Assembly: GCA_965649295.1 (NCBI GenBank)
Contig: CBFGKH010000004.1
Span: 1-64,000, forward strand
Length of the DNA: 64,000 bases
Direction of reading: 5' to 3'
Origin: a candidate division WOR-3 bacterium
Lineage (GTDB): Bacteria; Hydrothermota; Tepidihabitantia; Tepidihabitantales; Tepidihabitantaceae
Shown here piece by piece: positions 8,720 through 17,508 of the stretch (position 1 is the stretch's first letter; every line of letters begins with the position of its first letter). Both the position numbers and the translations under genes were made by a program. The notes beneath the pieces are model-generated. The model was not told where the DNA came from. It saw nothing but the letters and a program-made list of their open reading frames with translations, and did not search any database.

Positions 8720-9406
8720 ATGCGAACTAGTCGAACCAAGCCAGCCACCAGCAACCCCAAAAGTAGTCCAGCCAGAAGACCGCGGCTGTTGCTGGTTGAC
8801 TTTGAGAACATCCAGCCAACCGACCTAGCTGGTCTGCCTGAAGACCTGAACGTGGTCATTTTTGTCGGCGCCAACCAGAAGAACATCCCCCTGCCGCTCG
8901 TCGCCTCGGCCCAACAGCTTGGCAGCCGGGTCGAGTGGCAAAAAGTTGCCGGCGAAGGCCGCAATGCCCTTGACTTCTTCATTGCCTGTCACCTTGGCCG
9001 CGTGCTTGAGCGTGCTCCCAACACTCAGTGCTTCGTTCTCTCCCGCGACAAAGGTTTTGACCCCTTGTTGCGCCAGTTGAACGCAGCCGGGCTAGCCTGC
9101 CGCCGCATCACCAGCAGTTCCGAGCTTAGCATGAAGTCGCCGGCCAAGACCACGGCCAGGACTGAGCTCAGGACAATGACCCGTTTCCTAAGTCAGCAGG
9201 CTGACGCCAGATACCAGCGCGCCCTCGAGGTCCTGCGCAACCTCGAACCACGTTCCCGGCCGCGCAACCGCAAACGCTTGGCCCAAGTCATCGCCTCTGT
9301 TTTCCAAAAGAAGATAGCCGAGAAAGAGATCAACCGCATCATCGAATCCCTGCTCGCCGCCGGGCTATTGGCCGAGACCGACAGCAGGATCGAATACCGT
9401 CTCTAG
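8720..9406 (+). CDS. PIN-like (PIN7/NYN-type) domain protein with C-terminal helical/wHTH-like domain
   Basis: LLVDFENIQP, GRNALDFFI, VLSRDKGFDPL acidic PIN motifs; TTGACT-16-TAACAT just upstream of ATG 8720. Confidence 0.8.
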   Translation: MRTSRTKPATSNPKSSPARRPRLLLVDFENIQPTDLAGLPEDLNVVIFVGANQKNIPLPLVASAQQLGSRVEWQKVAGEGRNALDFFIACHLGRVLERAPNTQCFVLSRDKGFDPLLRQLNAAGLACRRITSSSELSMKSPAKTTARTELRTMTRFLSQQADARYQRALEVLRNLEPRSRPRNRKRLAQVIASVFQKKIAEKEINRIIESLLAAGLLAETDSRIEYRL

Positions 9407-9452
9407 GTCTTCGCCCATAACAGACAGAGACTGGTAGCCTTGCGGCAACCGG

Positions 9453-10241
9453 CTAGCGGGTGCTGCCAGTAGTCGGCCGCAGCCGAAAACAGACCACGAC
9501 TTCCCAGCCGCGCAACACCCGGAACTGCATCTTCTGGGCTCCGTAGCCGTCCACGCGACAAACCAGCCAGTGCTCACCGGCCGGCACCTTGGCAATCTGA
9601 TAAGAGCCAAGCGAATCTGTCACCGCCGCGACCAGACCCGTATCAATCAGAAGTTCAGCACCAGCGATACCGGCTCCGGTTGTTAGGTCAGTAACAGTCC
9701 CGCTCACCGTTCCAACGTTAGCGGTATCCCTGAGCCGCAAGAGGACTTCGGTCGTCTCGTTCCCGCGAGCGCACACCTGGCGCTCATCACCGACGAAGCC
9801 TGGCAGCACCGCCCCAATCAGCACCTGCCCTTTGGGGAAACTGTCAAACCGAAACGTGCCGTCGTCGGCCGCAGTAGTAACCAGGCCACCGGCCCTCACT
9901 TCTGCGGGCAGCGGCCGACCTGATACCGCCTCAACCACTCGTCCGCGAACAAACCGCGGCAAGTCACGAAACAGTCTAATCGTCACCTCGCCCCGCACCG
10001 CTGCCCGGGCAGCCACTGAATCCGGTTCATAGCCACCAGCGCTCGCTGCTATCATCCATCTTCGTCCCGTAACCGGCACGAAACAGACCCCGCGGTCATC
10101 AGTCACAGCCAGCACGTCGCTGCCCCTCACCCGACAGACAGCACCACTTATCGGCCCGCCGGTCTCGGCGTCCACTACCACCGCCGTCACCGCCAGAGCC
10201 GGGACGACCAGCGCTGCCAGTAATCCTGCTAGTCGGCGCAT
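9453..10241 (-). CDS. Secreted carboxypeptidase-regulatory-like (transthyretin/Ig-like) repeat protein
   Basis: Signal peptide; three repeats of the type G.V.D..TG.PI.GA...TD..G.F. Confidence 0.75.
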   Translation of the reverse strand: MRRLAGLLAALVVPALAVTAVVVDAETGGPISGAVCRVRGSDVLAVTDDRGVCFVPVTGRRWMIAASAGGYEPDSVAARAAVRGEVTIRLFRDLPRFVRGRVVEAVSGRPLPAEVRAGGLVTTAADDGTFRFDSFPKGQVLIGAVLPGFVGDERQVCARGNETTEVLLRLRDTANVGTVSGTVTDLTTGAGIAGAELLIDTGLVAAVTDSLGSYQIAKVPAGEHWLVCRVDGYGAQKMQFRVLRGWEVVVCFRLRPTTGSTR

Positions 10242-10328
10242 GTATCAAGTTCAGTCAGCTAGACCGGTCTGTCAAGCTCGGCCGCTGTTCCCTTGACTTA
10301 CAGAGCCTGCCTCCTACAATAAGCCCCT

Positions 10329-11438
10329 ATGCCGACCGCCACGCTTAACGTCAAAGGCTGCATCCAGTGTGGCCGCTGCTCGGGCGGCTGTCCGGTTTCG
10401 ATCAAATCGAACCTGAACGTTCGCCGCCTCGTCTATTACTCGCTCAACGAACTGTTGCAGCCGTTCAATCCCGATGAACTCGGAATCTGGGAATGTACGA
10501 CTTGCACCACCTGCAGCGAGCGCTGCCCCAAGAATGTCCAGCCGGCGGAGCTGATTACCGAACTCCGCTCCCGTGTTATCGAGAGCGGCCGGATGTCAGC
10601 TCAGGTGCAGGCGGCGCTGGAAAGCACCTACCTCCAGGGCAACCCCTGGGGCCGGGGCCGCGAGAAACGAATGGACTGGGCTACCGACCTCGATTTGCCA
10701 GTGATCCCGGCCGGCAGCAGTACCGATGTGCTGCTCTTCACCTGCTGCACAGCAGCCTATGACCAGCGCTGCCAGTCTGTTGCCCGCGCAGTTGTCAAGC
10801 TGCTGCGAACTGCCGGAGTCGAGTTCGGTGTCATCGGCGAAGAAGAGACCTGTTGTTCGAGCGAGCAACGCCGAATGGGCGAGCTCGGCATGTTCGAAGA
10901 GCTGGCCCAGAACAATCTGCAACTCATCACCGAGCGCCATCCCCAGCGCATCCTCGTGCTCTCACCCCACTGCTACAACGCATTCAGGAAGGACTACCCG
11001 GGGCTGGACATACCGGTGTTCCATCACAGTCAGCTATTGGCCACGCTAGTCGAAACCGGTCGGCTCAAGGTCAGAACGCCAATCGCGGATGTCGTCAGTT
11101 ACCATGACCCCTGCTACCTTGGCAAACAGAACAAGGTTTACGAAGAACCACGCCAGGTTCTCCGCACTCTGGCCGGCGACCGCTTCGTCGAACTCGATCG
11201 TTCCCGTGAGACCAGCCTTTGCTGCGAAGGCGGTGGCGGCCGGATGTGGGTTGAGTCAGTCGGCAAGGGCCGCTTGGCCGAAACCCGGGTCCTCGACGTG
11301 ATTGACATCGGTGCCAGAATTCTGGCCACAGCCTGTCCGTTCTGTATCCTGACGCTGGAAGACGCGGTCAAGACGACCGATTCCGAGTCCAAGCTCCGCA
11401 TCAAGGACATTGCCGAACTGCTAGCCGAGGCTGTCTAG
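10329..11438 (+). CDS. Fe-S oxidoreductase, HdrD/GlpC-like (4Fe-4S dicluster plus two CCG domains)
   Basis: CIQCGRCSGGCP, CTTCTTCSERCP, YHDPCYLG, LCCEGGGG, TACPFC. Confidence 0.9.
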   Translation: MPTATLNVKGCIQCGRCSGGCPVSIKSNLNVRRLVYYSLNELLQPFNPDELGIWECTTCTTCSERCPKNVQPAELITELRSRVIESGRMSAQVQAALESTYLQGNPWGRGREKRMDWATDLDLPVIPAGSSTDVLLFTCCTAAYDQRCQSVARAVVKLLRTAGVEFGVIGEEETCCSSEQRRMGELGMFEELAQNNLQLITERHPQRILVLSPHCYNAFRKDYPGLDIPVFHHSQLLATLVETGRLKVRTPIADVVSYHDPCYLGKQNKVYEEPRQVLRTLAGDRFVELDRSRETSLCCEGGGGRMWVESVGKGRLAETRVLDVIDIGARILATACPFCILTLEDAVKTTDSESKLRIKDIAELLAEAV

Positions 11439-11456
11439 TTCCTTGAGCCGGTCAAA

Positions 11457-13445
11457 ATGACACGGGTTTTCAGTCTCCTACTGGTGCTGCTTGCGTCTGC
11501 CCGTGCCGGCCTGTTCGACGGCCTACCCTCTGCCGACAGCATCGCCAACTACCGGCCGCCAGCCAGTACCCGCATCCTCGACTGCCGCGGCCGCGTCATC
11601 TTCGACCTGTATCAGGAGAAACGGCGACCAGTACCACTAGAAAGCATCCCGTTCTGCCTGCGCGCGGCCGTGGTCGCAGTCGAAGACCGAAGATTCTACT
11701 CGCACTGGGGGATTGATATCATGCGGCTGCCAGGACTGGCCTGGAGTACACTCCGTCGCGCCGGTTCGGTCAAAGGCACCTCAACCATTACCCAGCAGCT
11801 TGCCCGTTCGATGTTTCTCACGCCCGAACGCAGCCTCAGCCGCAAGCTCAAGGAGATGGCTCTCGCGATCGAGCTTGAACGTCGCTACTCCAAGAGCGAA
11901 ATCCTCGAACTCTACTTCAATCAAGTCTGGTTTGGCGGTTCGGTTTACGGCGTCGAGGCTGCGGCCGAGAAGTATTTCGGCAAGACCGTCGCCCAACTCA
12001 GCCCGGTCGAATGCGCCACACTCGGGGCAATGCTGGCCAACCCTTCGGCCTACTCACCCTACAACTACCCTGAACGACTGCTGCAACGTCGCAACTTCTT
12101 TCTCAACAAGATGCTGCGCATCGGCTGCCTGACACAGCGCGACTACGACGCCGCCATCAAGAAGCCGCTCAAGGTCCTACCACCTGGCCAGGGCCGCAAC
12201 GAGGCCCCATATTTCGTCGAGGAAGTCCGACGCTACCTGGCCGACAAGTACGGCTACGACTTCGTCTATAAGTCCGGCGCCGTCGTCTATACAACCCTTG
12301 ACCTCGACATCCAGCGGGCTGCCAACGCTGCTCTCCTCGAACGGCTCAACCGGCTGGAGAAGGAGTATAAGCTCCGTCCCACCCTGGCGGGTTACGACTC
12401 ACTGCGGCGCCGGGACTCGACTATTGGGCCTCCTCGCTACCTGCAGGGCGCGCTGGTAGTACTCGATGTCAGCACTGGCTATGTCCGAGCACTAATCGGT
12501 GGCCGTGACTACCGACACAGCGAATACGACCGCGCTGTCCAAGCCCGGCGCCAGGCCGGTTCGGCATTCAAGCCTTTCCTCTACGTCGCGGCCATTGACA
12601 ATGGCTTCACTCCAGCCGACATCGAGAATGACGCGCCAATTACGATCCCCATCCCCGGCCAGCCGGACTACTCCCCGACCAACTACGACGGCCAGTATCT
12701 AGGCGAGATGACACTACGTCGAGCCCTGGCGCTCTCGCGCAACTGCGTTGCGGTCAGACTAATCCAGAAGATTGGTCCGGAACTGGTCGCGCGCTACGCC
12801 AACTTGATGGGCATCACCAGCAAGCTCCCACCCTATTTCTCCCTCGCGCTTGGGTCAGTTGAGGTCACACTGCTAGACCTGACCAATGCCTACAACACCC
12901 TTGCCAACGCTGGCGTCAAGGTCAAACCGATTATGGTTACGCGCATCGAAGACAGCCGCGGCAACATGATCGAGGAAAACCGACCCGAGCAACTGCCGGT
13001 GCTGCGGCGCCAGACTGCCTATGTTGTTACCAGCATGATGCAGAGCGTCGTCAACGAGGGAACAGCCACCGTCATTCGGTCTCTTGGCTACAATGGTCCG
13101 GCTGCAGGTAAAACCGGCACCACTGACGACTACACCGACAACTGTTACATCGGCTTCACACCCGAACTCACCTGTGGGGTCTGGGTCGGTTTCGACCAGA
13201 AACGGCCAATCTATCGTGGCGCCACCGGCGGCGCAGTTGCAGCCCCGGTCTGGGCTGAACTGATGAAGGCCATCCGTCCTGACACACTGGCTGCCGACTC
13301 ATTCCCAGTACCGGACAGCATCACGACCGCCGCTATCTGTGAGACTTCTGGCAAACTTGCCAGCCCGGCCTGTCCTCGTGTCCGCTACGAAACATTCATC
13401 ACCGGCACCGAACCAACGGTCGTCTGTCCAATCCACCGTCACTAG
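11457..13445 (+). CDS. Penicillin-binding protein 1A family (transglycosylase/transpeptidase)
   Basis: EDRRFYSHWG, GTSTITQQLA, RKLKE; SAFK, SRN and KTG transpeptidase motifs. Confidence 0.95.
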   Translation: MTRVFSLLLVLLASARAGLFDGLPSADSIANYRPPASTRILDCRGRVIFDLYQEKRRPVPLESIPFCLRAAVVAVEDRRFYSHWGIDIMRLPGLAWSTLRRAGSVKGTSTITQQLARSMFLTPERSLSRKLKEMALAIELERRYSKSEILELYFNQVWFGGSVYGVEAAAEKYFGKTVAQLSPVECATLGAMLANPSAYSPYNYPERLLQRRNFFLNKMLRIGCLTQRDYDAAIKKPLKVLPPGQGRNEAPYFVEEVRRYLADKYGYDFVYKSGAVVYTTLDLDIQRAANAALLERLNRLEKEYKLRPTLAGYDSLRRRDSTIGPPRYLQGALVVLDVSTGYVRALIGGRDYRHSEYDRAVQARRQAGSAFKPFLYVAAIDNGFTPADIENDAPITIPIPGQPDYSPTNYDGQYLGEMTLRRALALSRNCVAVRLIQKIGPELVARYANLMGITSKLPPYFSLALGSVEVTLLDLTNAYNTLANAGVKVKPIMVTRIEDSRGNMIEENRPEQLPVLRRQTAYVVTSMMQSVVNEGTATVIRSLGYNGPAAGKTGTTDDYTDNCYIGFTPELTCGVWVGFDQKRPIYRGATGGAVAAPVWAELMKAIRPDTLAADSFPVPDSITTAAICETSGKLASPACPRVRYETFITGTEPTVVCPIHRH

Positions 13446-13446
13446 C

Positions 13447-14079
13447 ATCTCGGCTATCCGTCGCTCACTGTCCGCCATCTACACCCGTCTCTACCGTGCT
13501 TTCGGGCCACAGCACTGGTGGCCGGGTGACTCACCGCTCGAAATAGCCATTGGCGCTATTCTCACCCAGAACACGGCCTGGACCAATGTCGAGAAGGCGA
13601 TCCTTAACCTGCGTCGCCATCGGCTACTCAACCTCGCTACCATCGCATCGTTGCCGCCTTACCGGCTCGCTCCCCTAATCCGTTCTGCCGGATTCTATAA
13701 CATCAAGGCGGACCGCCTCCACTCTTTTCTGGAGTGGCTAACCGCCCAAGGTGGATTCAGCGGACTGCGGCACATCCCCACCGCCGCCCTGCGTCAGGAA
13801 CTACTCGGTCTGCCGGGCATTGGGCCCGAGACTGCCGACTCGATACTGCTTTATGCTTGCAACCGGCCGGTCTTTGTCATTGACGCCTACACTCGCCGCA
13901 TCCTCTATCGCTACGGACTGATTCACGGTGACGAGTCATACGAGACCCTGCAGGCCATTTTCCACAAGCACCTGCCTCGATCAGTCCGGTTGTACAACGA
14001 GTATCATGCCCTGCTTGTCAGACTGGCCAAAACCCACTGCCGCACCCAGCCACTCTGCCCGCCCTGTCCACTGGCCTGA
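13447..14079 (+). CDS. Endonuclease III-related HhH-GPD glycosylase; start uncertain
   Basis: WWP, GAILTQNTAW, GIGPETADSI, VIDAYTRR, C-terminal CRTQPLCPPCPL Fe-S motif. Confidence 0.85.
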   Translation: MSAIRRSLSAIYTRLYRAFGPQHWWPGDSPLEIAIGAILTQNTAWTNVEKAILNLRRHRLLNLATIASLPPYRLAPLIRSAGFYNIKADRLHSFLEWLTAQGGFSGLRHIPTAALRQELLGLPGIGPETADSILLYACNRPVFVIDAYTRRILYRYGLIHGDESYETLQAIFHKHLPRSVRLYNEYHALLVRLAKTHCRTQPLCPPCPLA

Positions 14080-14157
14080 AAAGCAACGGCCAGCTCTGTC
14101 AATTGGAAGTCGGTGTCCTTGGTGCTCTTGGCAGTTGGTCAGGTCTGCCGGTCGGCG

Positions 14158-14817
14158 CTAGACCAGCCGCGTACCGTTGATAACCAACTCAAATCGGCAC
14201 TTGAGAAAGTCCGCAGCCCGGCGCGAGATAATCATCCTTGACAGGAATATCTCGAAATACTCCATTACCGGCGCAATTGACGTATCAATCGCCAGATCAA
14301 ATGTAATCCGGCGCTCCTCCTTGTGCATCGTCAGCCCTGACTTCTTCACCGCATAATTCACCCGGTCATGGATGTCAAACGTGATAAAATCCGGGTTACG
14401 CACTCGGCTACGGTGCACGTCGGCTTTGTCGGCAAGAATCAAAGCAGCCGAAATCTCGGATACCGGATTGCCACCTTCTTCGTGATGATTACCGATTGCC
14501 GCCATCACCCGGGCAGTCTCGATGTAATCCATTCCCAATCGGAGCAGAATCTGCCGCGCGATAATCGCACTTGTTCGTTCGTGCTGGTCTCGATTCACCA
14601 CGTTACCAATATCGTGCAGATAACCGGCAATTGCAGCCAACTCACAGAGCCGTTCCCCGTAATCGAGCGCTGCCAGCACACCCTTAGCATTCTTCGCCAC
14701 CAACCGGGCATGTCGCTGCCCATGCTCGGTGTAACCTAAGGTCTCAAGCTGACGATCGGCCTCGCCAATTAGAGCGATAACTTCCGGGTCTTTTGTTACT
14801 TCTTTCAATGTCACCAT
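14158..14817 (-). CDS. HD-domain phosphohydrolase
   Basis: GYTEHG..H, LHDIGN, GNHHE, LILADKADV. Confidence 0.85.
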   Translation of the reverse strand: MVTLKEVTKDPEVIALIGEADRQLETLGYTEHGQRHARLVAKNAKGVLAALDYGERLCELAAIAGYLHDIGNVVNRDQHERTSAIIARQILLRLGMDYIETARVMAAIGNHHEEGGNPVSEISAALILADKADVHRSRVRNPDFITFDIHDRVNYAVKKSGLTMHKEERRITFDLAIDTSIAPVMEYFEIFLSRMIISRRAADFLKCRFELVINGTRLV

Positions 14818-15175
14818 AGCAGTAGAGTATAGACTTGCCGCAAAGATAGGTCAAACCAACAGACTCACAGGCAAACCTTCAGTGTGCTATCTCTTACTGT
14901 TATTCTCTAGCTTTCGCCTGAACGCCAGTCGCAAAGACGAGTTCAGCATCACACTTGCAGGCAGTTCCACCGACTACATCAACTCAAGGTTCGCGATTGA
15001 AACCCCACAATCAAGTCTAGCAGCGAGAATACCTTGTCTGCATCCGCTGGCATTATCCCCGCCGCTCATCATACAACATCTATGCCAGCGGAACCCTCTC
15101 CCAACCCCTATCACTGACCAAACATATTCCTACCTGCTTGACGCTCATGACAAGACCACTACACTTCACGGCGCG

Positions 15176-16327
15176 ATGCTGAACCGACCAACCCGACCAC
15201 GGCCCATCCCGCTGTACGATGTCGCGGCCGAAAACAATCAGTACGCTGCCGAACTGCGGGCGGCGTTCGAAAGTACGCTCGCTAGCGGCCACTTCTCTGG
15301 TGGCGAAGAACTGAAGCTATTTGAAAAACGACTTGCTGCTTACTGTGGTACCAAATCGGCAATCGGAGTGAAAAGCGGCACTGATGCGCTCGTGCTGAGT
15401 CTGCTCGGACTTGGCATCGGACCTGGGGACGAAGTCATAACATCGGCGTTCACCTTCATCGCAACAGCCGAAGCCATCTTGCAGGTCGGCGCCTTGCCAG
15501 TCTTTGCCGACATTGACCCAACTTCACTCTGCATCACTGCCCAAACCTGCGCCAACGTGCTCAGCAAGAGCACCAAAGCCGTCCTTGCAGTGCACGTCTT
15601 TGGTCACTGCTCAGACATGGACCAGCTTGGCGTGTTCTGCCAGAGCCATGGCATCCGGCTGATCGAAGACGCTGCTCAGGCAATCGGCGCGACATGGCAC
15701 GAGCAGAAACTGGGCAGCATCGGTGATGTCGGGACGTTCAGCTTCTATCCAACCAAAAACCTGAGTACGCTTGGCAACGGTGGCGCAATTGTCACGGCGA
15801 ATGAAGGACTGGCCGACCGCATCCGCTCGCTGCAGGCCCATGGCCGTGAGCACGAGGCCTACACACGCATCGGCTATTCCTCGCATCTCGACGAACTACT
15901 AGCTGCTTTTCTCAACGTCAAGCTTCGGTATCTTGAAGCAGAACTCGCCCGCCGCCGCCAGATTGCGGCGCGCTACGACGCTGAGCTAGCGTTCCGCAAG
16001 AGCCAAACCTTTTCTTCTATCGCGCCATCTCTCAGCCCAGTTTTGCCTGCTGCCGGCTGTCGCTCGAACTACCACCAGTATGCTATCCGTTCAACCCGCC
16101 GCGACGAACTGCGCCGATTCCTCAGCGAACGCGGCATAGGTACTGGCAACTACTACTCACGGCCGCTCCACCAAGAACCGGTGATGGAAGGCCAGTGCCG
16201 GTTCGCTGACCTGACCGAGACCGAGAAAGCCTGCAGCGAAGTACTCACCCTGCCGGTTAGACCAAGTCTGACTGACGACGAAGTCACAACCGTCATCGCT
16301 ACGGTCCGGGAGTTCGATTCCGGTTGA
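15176..16327 (+). CDS. DegT/DnrJ/EryC1/StrS family PLP-dependent aminotransferase
   Basis: SGTDAL, GPGDEVIT, EDAAQA, SFYPTKNL (PLP Lys); ATG 15176 after TTGACG-16-TACACT. Confidence 0.92.
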   Translation: MLNRPTRPRPIPLYDVAAENNQYAAELRAAFESTLASGHFSGGEELKLFEKRLAAYCGTKSAIGVKSGTDALVLSLLGLGIGPGDEVITSAFTFIATAEAILQVGALPVFADIDPTSLCITAQTCANVLSKSTKAVLAVHVFGHCSDMDQLGVFCQSHGIRLIEDAAQAIGATWHEQKLGSIGDVGTFSFYPTKNLSTLGNGGAIVTANEGLADRIRSLQAHGREHEAYTRIGYSSHLDELLAAFLNVKLRYLEAELARRRQIAARYDAELAFRKSQTFSSIAPSLSPVLPAAGCRSNYHQYAIRSTRRDELRRFLSERGIGTGNYYSRPLHQEPVMEGQCRFADLTETEKACSEVLTLPVRPSLTDDEVTTVIATVREFDSG

Positions 16328-16346
16328 TTAGTGGCTACGGTCTGGC

Positions 16347-17300
16347 TTACCAGTAGCGTCTGACTAACTGATCCGCATAGTCAGCAATCATCTCGGCCAT
16401 ATCATCAACCTGTTCGCGACCGACATCAAGTAACTGAGCAGTCACGAACCGATTGCCCGGATAGCAGACATACGATATCGAAACCGCTGAGTAGTAGCCA
16501 GGCTCCTCTGGCGTCTCGTCCATCGTAACAACGTAGAGTTCTAGCGAGGCATCATCAGCGCACCATACCAGCTTCAATCCTTCGCTCCGCAACTCGCGCC
16601 GGAGAGCATCCACAAAGCACGTACCAACCACATCGCTGCCTGTATGACGCACATAGACACCACGCCGGTAGCACGGCAATCGGACAACTGCCGGCGGACA
16701 GAGCGGAGCCGACAGTATGACTGGCCCACAATGCCAGAGGAAGTGCCATGACCCACAATAGCGCTCATACCGCCACTGCCAGCGTCGAGGATGAGGACCA
16801 CAGTAATCTCGCCATCTCGGTCGTGGCGGCGGCTGGACATGACCCCGGCCGCGATGGCCACCTCTGCCCCTGCCTGGTGGCGGATTCGGCTGCGGCTCTA
16901 CCCCGGGTTGGCGACCGGTACTGCCTGAGCCAGGGTCTGCCGGTTCCTCTGTCATCTGACTGGGCAAGGCCGGCGTCTTTGTCGGTTGACCGGCGCCAGT
17001 CTCAGCGTAATGCCTACTGGAACGCGACAGCTTAGCAGGTGATCCCACTGCCTCACTCTCTTCACTCGGTCCAGCCACAGCCGCCTCATCGCCCGACTTC
17101 GGCTGTTTTTGCTCGCTACCAGTGGCAGCCCAGTTCACTTCGACGAGAGGAATTGATTTGACCGTCTTCGTCACAGCCGGCAGCAGACCGACCTTGCGCT
17201 CAGTCCGGGTCCTAGCCAGTTCTAGTCTGGACTCTTCATTGCCACTAGCGACAGCCACCAGTAGCACCGTTAGAACCGAGAGTCCCACTCTAGGTCTCAT
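16347..17300 (-). CDS. Hypothetical exported protein with Pro/Gly/Arg-rich linker
   Basis: AGGAG SD before ATG 17300, signal peptide, low-complexity middle, globular C-terminus. Confidence 0.6.
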   Translation of the reverse strand: MRPRVGLSVLTVLLVAVASGNEESRLELARTRTERKVGLLPAVTKTVKSIPLVEVNWAATGSEQKQPKSGDEAAVAGPSEESEAVGSPAKLSRSSRHYAETGAGQPTKTPALPSQMTEEPADPGSGSTGRQPGVEPQPNPPPGRGRGGHRGRGHVQPPPRPRWRDYCGPHPRRWQWRYERYCGSWHFLWHCGPVILSAPLCPPAVVRLPCYRRGVYVRHTGSDVVGTCFVDALRRELRSEGLKLVWCADDASLELYVVTMDETPEEPGYYSAVSISYVCYPGNRFVTAQLLDVGREQVDDMAEMIADYADQLVRRYW

Positions 17301-17508
17301 GCTCACTCCTTTCCGGCAGTCGCGTTGGCTGCCGCGTTGGAAGCGTTGGTATGACTTGGTCCGGCATAACCATCGGAATAGCGAAACCACACACACTGTA
17401 GCTACCTGCCGATGATAGCATCTATTCCCCAAAAACTCCTGCCCACTGCCCGCGTTGACCAATGCACCAGCAACAGCTAGACTGAGCACCACTTCCCAAG
17501 GAGTAGTA

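Noticed and set aside
7650..9450. Provirus around the capsid-like gene
   Set aside because: No integrase, replication, packaging or other virion genes and no att-like direct repeats seen; flanks are ordinary metabolic genes
14882..15175. 98-aa N-terminal extension of the DegT aminotransferase in the ORF track
   Set aside because: Family similarity begins near ATG 15176, which has its own promoter-like signal
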